Notes under the pieces: model-generated
What the model was told of the DNA's origin: nothing
Database searches by the model: none
What the model saw: the letters and a program-made list of their open reading frames with translations, nothing else
Origin: Planctomycetota bacterium
GTDB taxonomy: Bacteria; Planctomycetota; Brocadiia; JAADGH01
Assembly: GCA_040755855.1 (NCBI GenBank)
Contig: JBFMAD010000003.1
Coordinates: 128,001 to 192,000, forward strand
Reading direction: 5' to 3'
DNA length: 64,000 nt
Made by a program: the position numbers and the translations under genes
Shown here: piece after piece, positions 46,497 through 56,360 of the stretch
Layout of the letters: each line of letters starts with the position of its first letter
Position numbering within the stretch: the first letter of the stretch is position 1

Positions 46497-47549
46497 TTAC
46501 CAGGACCCCTGGACCACCGAAATTCGCCCCTTGGACCCATCATACTCTGTCTCCGCCAGCGAACCGGCCGCTCTCTGCTCAAACGCTCCCTCCAGCGCCG
46601 TCGCGTAGGAAGTCGGTGAGCCCACTTGAATTATGGATAAAAATCCCTTTTCCCCGACCTGCACACGCACTGCCCCAAAACTCGACGCTACCTTGACGAC
46701 GTAGAATGCCCCCCCCGTGCTCTCGCCTTTTCCAGCAGAGACGATCTCCACAACCGTGAATGGCTGCACGAGGAAAATCGTGCCGTCTGGAAAGGTAATC
46801 TGCGCCTGGCCGTTAATTCCCGCAAAGAGGCGCGTTCCTACAGCCGCCGCGTCGCCTTCCTTGGCCGGCGCCCAGGCCGAGTCCTTGGGCTGAATCCACA
46901 TCGCCCCGCGCGTGGCAGCCACGGTACCCGAGATTTCCGTTGACGCCTGCTTTAGCCCGGCCGTCAGGGCGACGATCAATCGCTCCTGTGCAGCCTTGGT
47001 CTCATCAGGCGTCTCCGGCTTCGCGGCATTGAGGTCAATTTTCACCAGGTCTTCTTGTGTCCCACTCCTTGCGCGAAGCCGCGTGGCAAGCCCCTGGAGG
47101 GATAGGACCAGGGACATGCCGCTGACCGGATCCCCCGGCCTGCCGCCGCCCATCAGGTCGTTCTCCCCACATTCCTTTATGGCTGTTTTTTCCGATAGGC
47201 CGAACAGCGCATCCCCCAGTCCCTTCTTCAGGCCGGCTGCTTTGAAAAGCATGACGGCAAATTTCCCATTCGTCAGGCGATCATCGTTTTTCAGGTCCCA
47301 CTTCTTATCCACGATTTCCTTCTGCCTAAGGGCGCTCAGCGCCTCCTCGAAGGGAAGGATCGTCCCCTCGCCGGTGATGGCAAAGGCCACGCCGCGTACG
47401 CCTTCGGCATACGTCACGCTCTCACGCGCCGCGAGGCCGGTGATGAATTCCGCCTCATTTTCCGGGCGCGCGACCCTGGAAAACAAGAGGATAACCAGCA
47501 TGGCAAGACCAAGAAGGATGCGCCTCACGTCGGCACCTCTCTTTCGCAA
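46497..47549 (-). CDS. Exported protein: SLH-like N-domain plus FecR-like C-domain
   Basis: LTNGKFAVMLFKA...VSGMSL helical motif; WAPAKEGD...FPDGTIFLVQP FecR-like segment. Confidence 0.5.
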   Translation of the reverse strand: MRKRGADVRRILLGLAMLVILLFSRVARPENEAEFITGLAARESVTYAEGVRGVAFAITGEGTILPFEEALSALRQKEIVDKKWDLKNDDRLTNGKFAVMLFKAAGLKKGLGDALFGLSEKTAIKECGENDLMGGGRPGDPVSGMSLVLSLQGLATRLRARSGTQEDLVKIDLNAAKPETPDETKAAQERLIVALTAGLKQASTEISGTVAATRGAMWIQPKDSAWAPAKEGDAAAVGTRLFAGINGQAQITFPDGTIFLVQPFTVVEIVSAGKGESTGGAFYVVKVASSFGAVRVQVGEKGFLSIIQVGSPTSYATALEGAFEQRAAGSLAETEYDGSKGRISVVQGSW

Positions 47550-48998
47550 TCAGAACCGATAGGAAAAGTTGAACATGAAGTAGCTGTTCATGTGCCGTAT
47601 CGGGAACGCCTTGCCGGGGAAGAACATCCCGTACTCCACGCCGATGGAGACATCCCGGAGCGGGTCCCAGCTGACGAAGAAGTCTAATTCCTGTCCTACG
47701 CCCTTGTGGTCCCGGATGGCGGCCTGGTCGGAGATGCCGCCTGTGATTTCGTCCTTGCGGAAGAAGTAGTGGGCAACCCCGAACCGCAGGCTCTCGAAGG
47801 GATCCCGGTCGTAAAACGGATTCACGGCAAAGCCGGTTCGGTAGATATTCAGGTTGCTTACCATGGGGTCGAGCACATAACCTACCGGCACGTAACCGAA
47901 CGGGAGGAAACCGCGGTCATCGGTATCTGCCAGGTTGCCGGCCACGGTGCTGCCGGGGATCAGTCGGTCCGCGTCGCCGGAACCATGGATATACCCCAGC
48001 GAGAAGACGGGCTTGCCGGGATGCTCCAACTCGTAATCCACGCCGACGTCCACCGCAAAGGCCCGAATCGGGTCCTGGCGGATATTCATAGGGGTCGGAA
48101 TAATAATACCGAAGGGGCCGGTGCGGTTTTCTATGCTCTCGCCCATGCTCCTGCCAGACTGACGGATGTACTCCGCGTGATACGTCAGCCGGGGCAGGAC
48201 CTCTCCCTCGGCGCCCAGGCCAAGATAGCGGGCGTTGTAGGTGTAGTTGCGGAAGGGGTCTCGTGGGTGGGGGTGGCTGTAGTCATCTTCCGTCATGAAG
48301 AAGATGTATGGTTGGAAGGGCTTGACGAGTTCGTAGCGCGCCTCGCCGGCGAAGAACCGCCGATCGTTGTCCCGTCCGGGGACGCTGGTGTCAATGTTGC
48401 CGTAATAGGTGAGGGTTCTGGCCCCCCAGAGTTGAGCGCGGAGATTGCCCCAAGCGACCTCGCCTTTGATACCGTCGCTGATGTCGTTGTAGGTCAGGCC
48501 GTGGCCGAGGGTGAAGAACTGCCTGCCGACCGTCGCCTGGCTCAGGAATTGCTGGCCCGCGAGCTCGCGGATCTGAAACAGGTTACCCACGTCCGCCAAA
48601 TAATATAGTTCTTCCAGATCGCCCGTAAAGCCGTGGGCTTCTGTGGCGTCTGTGAAGTCCTCATCCAGGTAGGTCATCCGATACCGGGAGAAGATTCGGT
48701 GGGTGTTTTGAATCTGCAGATCCAACCACAGATTCGTGTCGCTCGTGAAGGCGGAGACGCTCGGCAGGCGAGAGTGCCTATTGCCGATGTATTCGTAGAT
48801 AACCGACGTGTTCCCCCCATAATCGAGCAGTAGCCAGTCGGGAAGTCCCCCCTCGCGGTATTCCACCTTTGCCTTATGGGCCGCATCGGCCTCCTCGCGG
48901 CGACGTTCCACCTCCGCGCGGGACGGCTGGGCGACGGCATCGGAAAGAAACGTCAGGCTTAACACAAACAAAGCTATGGCGACGATTCGGTGTTTCAT
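47550..48998 (-). CDS. Alginate-export-family outer-membrane beta-barrel
   Basis: Signal peptide MKHRIVAIAL; VGRQ, DGIK, HGSGD, SNL, VGQELD, GMFFPG and C-terminal YRF. Confidence 0.75.
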   Translation of the reverse strand: MKHRIVAIALFVLSLTFLSDAVAQPSRAEVERRREEADAAHKAKVEYREGGLPDWLLLDYGGNTSVIYEYIGNRHSRLPSVSAFTSDTNLWLDLQIQNTHRIFSRYRMTYLDEDFTDATEAHGFTGDLEELYYLADVGNLFQIRELAGQQFLSQATVGRQFFTLGHGLTYNDISDGIKGEVAWGNLRAQLWGARTLTYYGNIDTSVPGRDNDRRFFAGEARYELVKPFQPYIFFMTEDDYSHPHPRDPFRNYTYNARYLGLGAEGEVLPRLTYHAEYIRQSGRSMGESIENRTGPFGIIIPTPMNIRQDPIRAFAVDVGVDYELEHPGKPVFSLGYIHGSGDADRLIPGSTVAGNLADTDDRGFLPFGYVPVGYVLDPMVSNLNIYRTGFAVNPFYDRDPFESLRFGVAHYFFRKDEITGGISDQAAIRDHKGVGQELDFFVSWDPLRDVSIGVEYGMFFPGKAFPIRHMNSYFMFNFSYRF

Positions 48999-49198
48999 AC
49001 GGATTCCTGTCGCAACAGGGCAGACGGCTGACGTTGCGGGGACGGCTCCCAAAGGCGCTGGTTCATAAGACAACAGATTACCATATTGCTGCCCCAATGT
49101 CAATACACTAAGCAATTTGCGCACCTTGACATTTATGCACTGAATTGTTATTTATAATAGTGTGGGCCTTGCGGGATGTCGGAAGGTGAATTTTACGG

Positions 49199-50326
49199 GT
49201 GCGAAAGATGGTTGTGCAAAGATCCGGATTCGTTTTTTTAATGTGTGTGGTGGTGTTTGGCTGCGGCGCTACCCAAGTATTTTTCCAACCGGCGCCCCCG
49301 GCGGATGATACGGCGTATGTCAGCACGCAGGATGGCTGGAAGCTGGCCATTGATCATTTCATGCCCCGCAAAATCAGCACGAAGCGTCCGCCGGTGATTC
49401 TCTGCCATGGATTCACATACAATGGCAACTTCTGGAACATCGAGAAGGAACGAAGCTTTGCGCGCCAGTTGTGCAAACGGGGGTACGATACATGGGTCGT
49501 GTGGCTTCGCGGGACGCGGAAGACTGTGAAGGAGGGTGTGGGCGAGGGCGATGTCAAGCAACTGCCCGACAACTTCGACGACTACGTCCACAAAGACCTT
49601 CCGGCCATTATCAATCATGTGAAGAAAGCGACGGGCCGCGACAAGGTGATCTGGATCGGCCACAGCATGGGCGGCATGGTGATGTACGCATATCTGGAGA
49701 CCGAAAAGCCCGACGACATCCACGCTTTCGTCGCCATCGGGTCACCTATGTATATACCGAAGCCGATGAACGATATCCTGGAGAACACGGTCGAGAACAA
49801 GAACATGCTGAAGCTGGCCTCGGCGTTCATCGGCACCAAGGCGCCGAGCCAGCTCTTCGGGCCGTTGGGCAAGCGCGCCGAGGTGCAGCAGTACCAACTA
49901 TTTCACAATCACGAAAACATGACCTACGGCACGCTTGTTCGGCAGCGGCTGTATGTGGTGGAGGACGCGCCGAGCGGGGTTCACGAGCAGATGAACACGT
50001 TCCTCGAAAAGGGCGAGATGTTGTCCGCCGACGGCAAGATGAACTACACCAAGGGCCTGAACGAGGTGAAGGTCCCCATCCTCCTGGTGGCCGGGCTGGT
50101 GGACTATATGGCCTCGCCAGAGGTCGTGCGCTACGCTTACAACCATGTGGGGGCGGAGGACAAGACGTTCCGCCTATTCTGCACGGCGAACGGGTCGAAG
50201 GTAAACTACGGTCATGATGATCTTGTCATTGGCAAGCACGCCAACGTTGAGGTCTTTCCGTATATTCTTTTCTGGCTGGAGCGTCAATGCGGCCAGTTCA
50301 ACAAGGCGTGTCTGATGTGCCATTAG
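49199..50326 (+). CDS. Alpha/beta hydrolase lipoprotein (PhaC/lipase-like)
   Basis: Lipobox VFGC; PVILCHG, WIGHSMGG, AGLVD and YGHDDL; ends in CLMCH. Confidence 0.82.
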   Translation: MRKMVVQRSGFVFLMCVVVFGCGATQVFFQPAPPADDTAYVSTQDGWKLAIDHFMPRKISTKRPPVILCHGFTYNGNFWNIEKERSFARQLCKRGYDTWVVWLRGTRKTVKEGVGEGDVKQLPDNFDDYVHKDLPAIINHVKKATGRDKVIWIGHSMGGMVMYAYLETEKPDDIHAFVAIGSPMYIPKPMNDILENTVENKNMLKLASAFIGTKAPSQLFGPLGKRAEVQQYQLFHNHENMTYGTLVRQRLYVVEDAPSGVHEQMNTFLEKGEMLSADGKMNYTKGLNEVKVPILLVAGLVDYMASPEVVRYAYNHVGAEDKTFRLFCTANGSKVNYGHDDLVIGKHANVEVFPYILFWLERQCGQFNKACLMCH

Positions 50327-50370
50327 GGGGCGTCGGGGGGGACCCTCGCGAATAGGAAAGGAATGAAGCA

Positions 50371-50847
50371 GTGAAATCGGCGCATATCGCTTGTGTGATA
50401 ACCTTGTCGGCTCTTGCGTTCGTCCTAACGGGATGCTCCTCCGCGGGAATGGTCCATGTCCGGTTGATCAAGTTTCCTATTGAACGAACCTATAACGCGA
50501 CTTATGACCGCACCTGGAAGGCGGCCGTTCAGACCATGAAGGGTTACGAGTTGGTTGTCTCGGACGAAGAGTCGGGTTACCTGATCTCCGACTACATCAA
50601 GGGCGAGTCCGACGCATATCGCTATCGCGATAAAGATGGCAAGGAGAAGCCCTGCCGGTGCGAATTCACCATCCACGCCGTCGTCGAGGAAGTGGGCAAG
50701 GAACGAACGAAGGTCCGCATTGACATCTACGAGAAGACTCTCTTTATGTACCCCGACGCCGGCCCCACATGGGAACTGACCAAAAGCTCAACGCTGCGGG
50801 AGAAGAAGATCCTGGATGGGATTGCGGAGATCCTCGCCAAGGGCTAA
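50371..50847 (+). CDS. Small lipoprotein (BamC/helix-grip-like)
   Basis: Lipobox LTGC; YDRTWKAAV...DEESGYLISDY...EKKILD. Confidence 0.6.
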   Translation: MKSAHIACVITLSALAFVLTGCSSAGMVHVRLIKFPIERTYNATYDRTWKAAVQTMKGYELVVSDEESGYLISDYIKGESDAYRYRDKDGKEKPCRCEFTIHAVVEEVGKERTKVRIDIYEKTLFMYPDAGPTWELTKSSTLREKKILDGIAEILAKG

Positions 50848-50851
50848 GATC

Positions 50852-51619
50852 ATGGCGATCATTGACGCGCATGTGCACATCCCGTCATCCAGCGGCGAAA
50901 ATTTCGGGTGGCCGACGGCGACGACGCTGGGCGAAGTCCTGGGAAAAATGGATGCCGCCGGCATAGCCAAGGCGGTCATCACCTCGGCGCGCAGCACCCA
51001 GGCAAAGGACATGTGGGAGGCCCGCGCCGGCAACCGGGAAATGCTGGAGGCAGTGGCGCAACACCCCAACCGCTTCATCGGCGCGTGCCAGGTTCACCCC
51101 AGTTCCCCGCGAGACGCCGTCGAGGAGCTGCGCATTATGCGGGAAGAGTGCGGCATCCACTGGCTCGGCGAGCTCTGCGGCTACCTCGGTGGGTATGCCT
51201 ATGACACACGCGAGTTCGAGATGATCCTCGGCGCCGCCTCCGATCTCGGCATGATTGTGCAGATCCATACCACAGACCTGGCCACGTTGACCAAGCAGGC
51301 AAAGGCGCATCCTTCCACTCCCTTCATTCTCTGCCACATGGGGGGCGCAAAGGAGTACTCGGCGAGAGTCGCCGCCGTAAAGGACCACCCCAACCTATAC
51401 ATAGACATTTCCGGCTCGGACATCAGCCGGGCCGGAATACTGGAGGCATACATCTGCGAGGCCGGGCCGGAGAAGGTCCTGTTTGCGACAGATTACATCA
51501 TCTGTGAGCCGGTTGTCTATGTGGCCAGAGTTGAGACGCTCGATATCAGCGCAGAGGCCAAGGAGCAGATTTTCCACCGCAATGTCGAGCGCCTGCTCGC
51601 GGATAGCGGGCGAGCGTAA
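50852..51619 (+). CDS. Amidohydrolase family protein
   Basis: IIDAHVH, QIH, CHMGG, YIDIS and LFATD. Confidence 0.88.
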   Translation: MAIIDAHVHIPSSSGENFGWPTATTLGEVLGKMDAAGIAKAVITSARSTQAKDMWEARAGNREMLEAVAQHPNRFIGACQVHPSSPRDAVEELRIMREECGIHWLGELCGYLGGYAYDTREFEMILGAASDLGMIVQIHTTDLATLTKQAKAHPSTPFILCHMGGAKEYSARVAAVKDHPNLYIDISGSDISRAGILEAYICEAGPEKVLFATDYIICEPVVYVARVETLDISAEAKEQIFHRNVERLLADSGRA

Positions 51620-51631
51620 GAGAGTCGTCCT

Positions 51632-52213
51632 TCAGCCCGAGATCTGAATAGGTCCCTGTCCGGCCACGAACATCTTGCCCGTCGGGTTGGTATAGACTGC
51701 TTCAACCCAAACAGTGTTCGTTTGGGGATATTGGTTCCAGGCGAGGGATAACCTCCAGCCTCCCAGGGGCCAGCGGCCCCATTCCGCCGAATCAGGCAGC
51801 TTCAGGTCGGTCCAGCTGTAGACCTGCCGTCCCTTGCCGTTAGGCGCCCGTTTGTCGTATTCGTATAGATGCAGGTCCAGGCGGCCGGCGGCTGCCACCG
51901 CTCTGGAACCAATCTTTGTATAGACCGTGCTGCGGATTCCTTCGGGGGTCGGATGACCGTTCGCAGAGTAAGGGGCTGTCAAGGGGCTGATAGAGAAGAA
52001 GGTCACCCGTCGCCCCAGTTTGACAGGGTCGTCTTCCTTGATCCAGGTGACAAGGCTCTTCGGCCCGAAGCCCGGATCCTGGCGTTTGAGGTAGAGAAAA
52101 TAAACGACCGCGGCGATCAGCAAAATAAAGATCAAGCTGAGCAGACCGAGACGACAAGCCGGCTTTTTCAGACCTGTTACATCTTCCGGACAGAGTTCGG
52201 GTTTGTCGCTCAT
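51632..52213 (-). CDS. Hypothetical single-TM protein
   Basis: AGGAG RBS, N-terminal TM helix, beta-rich domain, own promoter. Confidence 0.65.
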   Translation of the reverse strand: MSDKPELCPEDVTGLKKPACRLGLLSLIFILLIAAVVYFLYLKRQDPGFGPKSLVTWIKEDDPVKLGRRVTFFSISPLTAPYSANGHPTPEGIRSTVYTKIGSRAVAAAGRLDLHLYEYDKRAPNGKGRQVYSWTDLKLPDSAEWGRWPLGGWRLSLAWNQYPQTNTVWVEAVYTNPTGKMFVAGQGPIQISG

Positions 52214-52274
52214 GGCAGACTCCTTTCTCTTTAACCCCGCGACTTACCCTATGCGCGCCCCGTCCATTTTCCAC

Positions 52275-52303
52275 ATTATATCATACGCTAATTGGGAAGT
52301 CAA
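52275..52303 (-). promoter_or_regulatory. sigma70 promoter
   Basis: Minus strand TTGACT-17-TATAAT with TG extension. Confidence 0.7.
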
Positions 52304-52542
52304 CAACCCGATCAACTGGCCGAGATAATTGAACCCGATAGGACCTGTTGCCCAAATCGCTGTTTTTATGGCTGCGAATGAGAGAGTGTTTGACAAGAGA
52401 ACACCCTCCAAAAACCTCTTAATCAATTCCGGGTAAACTCCAAATCGCTTTGGGGAATCCGCTTGATTCATTTCCGCTCCCCGCATTAGAATACAAAAAT
52501 CCGGCAAGCAATTCGTTGACGTGAACATGAACAGGAGTCGCT

Positions 52543-55500
52543 ATGGTAAAGAATTTGCTGACATTATGTGCAGCCATCAGTCTATACGCGGGGCTTGTCG
52601 CAGGCGACGCTGGCGAAGCGCAGAAGGCGGCGGCGAACATCGTCTCTTCAAGCGGCCTGCCGGGAGGCGTCTGCGTCGTTCTCGGCGGCGAGGATGCCGA
52701 CCTGGCCGTCGCTCTGTCGAAGGAGGGGAAGTTCGTCGTCCAGGCGCTCTATCCCGACAAGGCCCTCGTAGACAAGGCGCGGAAGGCCATCCGATCTGCG
52801 GGCGTTTACGGAACCGTCTCCGCCGAGTTATTCGAAGGCAAGCGCCTGCCCTACACTGACAACCTCGTCAACCTCATAGTGGCAAGTGGAGAGTGGAAAG
52901 TGGAAAGTGGGGAGTGGAGAGTGGAAAGTGGAAAGTGGGGAGTGGCAAGTGATGAGATCATGCGCGTCCTTGCCCCCAACGGCATGGCGTTCTTCACAAA
53001 TCGCCAATCGGAAATCGAAAATCGAAAATTGGTCAAGCCCTGGCCAGCCAACATTGACCAGTGGACGCACTACCTCCACGGCCCGGACGGCAACGCAGTG
53101 GCCCAGGACACGGTCGTCGGTCCCCCGAAGCGTTACCAGTGGATCACCGAGCCGCTGTGGGCGCTCTCCCACGAGACCGACGCGAGCGTGCGCACCCTCG
53201 TCACCGCCGGCGGCAGGCTCTTTGCCATCATCAACGAGGCGCCGATCAGCCTGGAGGGCGATACTCTGCCCGACAAGTGGTTCGTGGTCGCGCGCGACGC
53301 CTTCAACGGCGTGCTCCTCTGGAAGGTCCCGGTCCCGGATTGGGGCTGGCGGCAGTGGAAGAACACCTGGTTCTCCAACCGCCCCGGGGATATTCCTCTG
53401 AACATCCAGAAGCGCCTTGTCGCCGTGGACGACCACGTGTACGTCACCCTGGGCTACCGCGCCCCGGTGAGCGAGCTGGATGCAAAGACAGGCGAGATCC
53501 TCAAGACCTTCAAAGGCACGGAGCGAGCCTCCGAGATCCTCTACCTGGATGGAACACTGGCGCTGACCGTCCTCAGCGACGACGCGGCGAAGGTCATGGC
53601 CGTCAATGCCAAGACCGGCGAGACGATATGGACCACCGAAAAGACCTATGCCGGCACCAAAACGGACTACTACAAATGGACGTCAATGCACGGCAAGGTG
53701 GATGCGCCGAAGGTTGACCCCACACTGAATACCGCCGCCGACGGCAAGGTGGTGGGCCTCCTCGACGGGCTGGATGTGGTGGGCCTCGACTTCAAGACCG
53801 GGAAGGAAATCTGGCGAACCGCATTCCCCGACGAGAAAGAGAACCTGTATCACGGCGGCATGAAGCTGGATTCGCTCTGGGTGGGGACGCTCATCGTGAA
53901 AGATGGCGTCGTCCTCCATGCCAGCCCGAGCAAGCTCGTGGCCTTCGCCGCCGACACGGGACAGGTCAAATGGACCCAGCCGAAGAAGTACATCGGCCAC
54001 CTGTGGTACGCATGGAAGGACGTGTTCGTCATTGACGGTCTCGTCTGGACGTGGAGTGACGAGTTCGGGCAGGGGGCCACCTATTCCATAGTAAGAGATG
54101 GGAAAAAGAGGAACTACAAGACCAACTACCCCGTCACCGTCAACGGCTATGATATCCAGACGGGCGAGGTGAAGAAGAAGGTGGACCTCGGAAACATCTT
54201 CAGCACCTACCACCACCACCGCTGCTACCGCAACAAGGCCACGGTGCGCTACATCCTTGCCAGCCGGCGCGGGACCGAGTTCGTGGACCTCATCAACGGC
54301 AAGCACACGGTGGACAACTGGGTCCGGGGCATCTGCCACGTGGGCATGATGCCGGCGAACGGCCTCCAGTACGTCCCGCCCCATCCCTGCCAGTGCTACA
54401 TAGATGAAAAGCTCAACGGCTTCAACACCCTCGCGCCGGAAGGCCAGAAGTCAGAGGCCAGCGATCAGAAGTCAGAACGCATGGAAAAGGGCCCAGCCTA
54501 CGGTCAAATCCAAAATCCAAAATCACAAATCCAAAATGCTGAGGATTGGCCCGCCTTCCGCCACGACTCCATGCGGTCGGGTTCGACAACGGCCAAGTTG
54601 CCGAAGGACCTGAAACAGACCTGGCGCGTGGAGCTTGGCGGCAAGGTCACCCCGCCGATCGCTGTCGGGGACAAGGTGTTTGTCCCGCTCGTGGACAGGC
54701 ACCATCTCGTCGCGTTGAATGTATCCGACGGGAGCACGGCATGGGAATTCGCCGCAGGCGCGCGGATAGACTCCCCGCCGACCTACCACAACGGGACGGT
54801 CATCTTCGGCTCGACCGACGGATGGGTCTATTGCCTGCGCGCCGCCGACGGCGACCTCGCGTGGCGATTCCGGGCCGCGCCGGAGGAGCGGCGGATGGGC
54901 GCATTCGGGCAACTCGAATCAGTCTGGCCCGTGCCCGGCAGCGTCCTCGTTCAGAACGATGTCGCCTACTTCGTCGCCGGACGGTCGTCGCACTTAGACG
55001 GCGGACTCTACCTTTATGGCCTCGACGCCGCCACGGGCGAGGTGCGCTGCCAGAAGAGGCTCGAAGGGCCGTCCTATACCGCCGAGAACATGGGGGAACA
55101 AAACTATCAACTGCCTATGGGCGCCCTGCCCGATATCCTCGTCGGCGACGGGCAATACGTCTGTATGAGAAACCGGACGTTTGATGCAAAACTTGAGGAA
55201 CAAAAGGCAACGGTTGATCGCCTGCGCGTCCCCGGCGGATTCCTGGACGACAATTACTTCAAGCGCGTGCCGTGGAGTTATGGGAGCCAGAAGACGTGGG
55301 GGCGACTCATCGTCACCCGCGGCGAATCCTTCTACTGCGTGCGGATGTATGACACGCTGCGCGGCCTCGATCCCACGGTTTACTTCACCCCGGGCGAGAA
55401 GGGATACCTGCTCATCGGCTCCTCGAAGGCCGGGCCGTCGCAGATCAAGGTGACCAATTCCAAGAGCCTCAATGTCGCCGGCAAGCCCCTCACCGTCGAG

Positions 55501-56352
55501 GCATGGGTGAAGACCGAGGCCCCCGACGGAGCGATCGTCGCCAAGGGCGGCGCCTCGGCGGGTTTTGCCCTCTCGGTAAAGGACGGCAAGCCGCGGTTCG
55601 AGAACCGCGTGAAGAGCAAGGTGGAATCCGCCGTCGCCGACGAGAACATCGTGGGCAAGTGGGTCCATCTCGTCGGCCAGGTGACGAAGGACAAGCAACT
55701 TCGCATCTACGTAAACGGAAAACTCGCCGGCGAGACCAAGACATCCTCCTATGCCGGGCCGTCGGGCCAAGCGATGGAGATCGGGGCCGACCTCGGCAAT
55801 GAGGCCGGCGACTACAAGTCGCCCTTCCATTTCACCGGCGTTATTGACGAGGTCCGGATGTATTACCGCGAGCTAAGCCCCGAGGAGATTCAGGACCGCT
55901 GCGCGAACCCCGGCCAGGCCCCGGCGAAGGACGACGGCCTGGCGCTCTACTTCTCGTTCGACGACGGCGGTGCAAAGGACCAGTCCGGCAACGGCAACGA
56001 CGGCCAGGCCGAGAATGTGCAGACCGTCGAGGGCACGGTCGGCAAGGCCCTGAAGTTTACCGCCGGTCAAAAGGGCTGGGAGCGCCGCATCCCTGTGCGC
56101 ATCCGGGCCATGGTCGCTGCGGGCGATCTCCTGTTCACCGCCGGGCCGCCGGACGTGGTGGACCCCAAGGACCCCCTCGGCGCGTTCGAGGGGCGCAAGG
56201 GCGGCGTCCTGAACGTCATCGCCGCATCCAACGGCGAGACGCTTTCGGAGATTAAGCTCCCCTCCCCGCCCGTCTTCAACGGCGCGGCGGCCGCGCGTGG
56301 CCGCCTCTACCTCACACTGGAGGACGGCAGCGTCGCGTGCTTTGGGGAATAG
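52543..56352 (+). CDS. PQQ-type beta-propeller repeat protein with methyltransferase-like N-domain and LamG insert
   Basis: Signal peptide; LPYTDNLVNL, ARDAFNG, HHHRCYRNKAT, WPAFRHD and FGSTDGWVYCL; LamG motifs VEAWVK and IDEVRMY. Confidence 0.85.
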   Translation: MVKNLLTLCAAISLYAGLVAGDAGEAQKAAANIVSSSGLPGGVCVVLGGEDADLAVALSKEGKFVVQALYPDKALVDKARKAIRSAGVYGTVSAELFEGKRLPYTDNLVNLIVASGEWKVESGEWRVESGKWGVASDEIMRVLAPNGMAFFTNRQSEIENRKLVKPWPANIDQWTHYLHGPDGNAVAQDTVVGPPKRYQWITEPLWALSHETDASVRTLVTAGGRLFAIINEAPISLEGDTLPDKWFVVARDAFNGVLLWKVPVPDWGWRQWKNTWFSNRPGDIPLNIQKRLVAVDDHVYVTLGYRAPVSELDAKTGEILKTFKGTERASEILYLDGTLALTVLSDDAAKVMAVNAKTGETIWTTEKTYAGTKTDYYKWTSMHGKVDAPKVDPTLNTAADGKVVGLLDGLDVVGLDFKTGKEIWRTAFPDEKENLYHGGMKLDSLWVGTLIVKDGVVLHASPSKLVAFAADTGQVKWTQPKKYIGHLWYAWKDVFVIDGLVWTWSDEFGQGATYSIVRDGKKRNYKTNYPVTVNGYDIQTGEVKKKVDLGNIFSTYHHHRCYRNKATVRYILASRRGTEFVDLINGKHTVDNWVRGICHVGMMPANGLQYVPPHPCQCYIDEKLNGFNTLAPEGQKSEASDQKSERMEKGPAYGQIQNPKSQIQNAEDWPAFRHDSMRSGSTTAKLPKDLKQTWRVELGGKVTPPIAVGDKVFVPLVDRHHLVALNVSDGSTAWEFAAGARIDSPPTYHNGTVIFGSTDGWVYCLRAADGDLAWRFRAAPEERRMGAFGQLESVWPVPGSVLVQNDVAYFVAGRSSHLDGGLYLYGLDAATGEVRCQKRLEGPSYTAENMGEQNYQLPMGALPDILVGDGQYVCMRNRTFDAKLEEQKATVDRLRVPGGFLDDNYFKRVPWSYGSQKTWGRLIVTRGESFYCVRMYDTLRGLDPTVYFTPGEKGYLLIGSSKAGPSQIKVTNSKSLNVAGKPLTVEAWVKTEAPDGAIVAKGGASAGFALSVKDGKPRFENRVKSKVESAVADENIVGKWVHLVGQVTKDKQLRIYVNGKLAGETKTSSYAGPSGQAMEIGADLGNEAGDYKSPFHFTGVIDEVRMYYRELSPEEIQDRCANPGQAPAKDDGLALYFSFDDGGAKDQSGNGNDGQAENVQTVEGTVGKALKFTAGQKGWERRIPVRIRAMVAAGDLLFTAGPPDVVDPKDPLGAFEGRKGGVLNVIAASNGETLSEIKLPSPPVFNGAAAARGRLYLTLEDGSVACFGE
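52878..52951 (+). repeat. Intragenic heptamer array (AGTGGNN x10)
   Basis: AGTGGCA AGTGGAG AGTGGAA AGTGGAA AGTGGGG AGTGGAG AGTGGAA AGTGGAA AGTGGGG AGTGGCA AGTG. Confidence 0.92.
52999..53030 (+). repeat. Intragenic heptamer array (AATCGNN x4)
   Basis: AATCGCC AATCGGA AATCGAA AATCGAA AATT. Confidence 0.8.
54444..54540 (+). repeat. Two intragenic heptamer arrays (YCAGNNN x5; AAATCCA x4)
   Basis: CCAGAAG TCAGAGG CCAGCGA TCAGAAG TCAGAAC, and AAATCCA AAATCCA AAATCAC AAATCCA. Confidence 0.8.
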
Positions 56353-56360
56353 GAGACGGC

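Noticed and set aside
49126..49158. TTGACA...TATAAT as a third cassette copy
   Set aside because: The spacer is 21 bp, and the CAAGTC and AAGTCATGCG blocks are absent.
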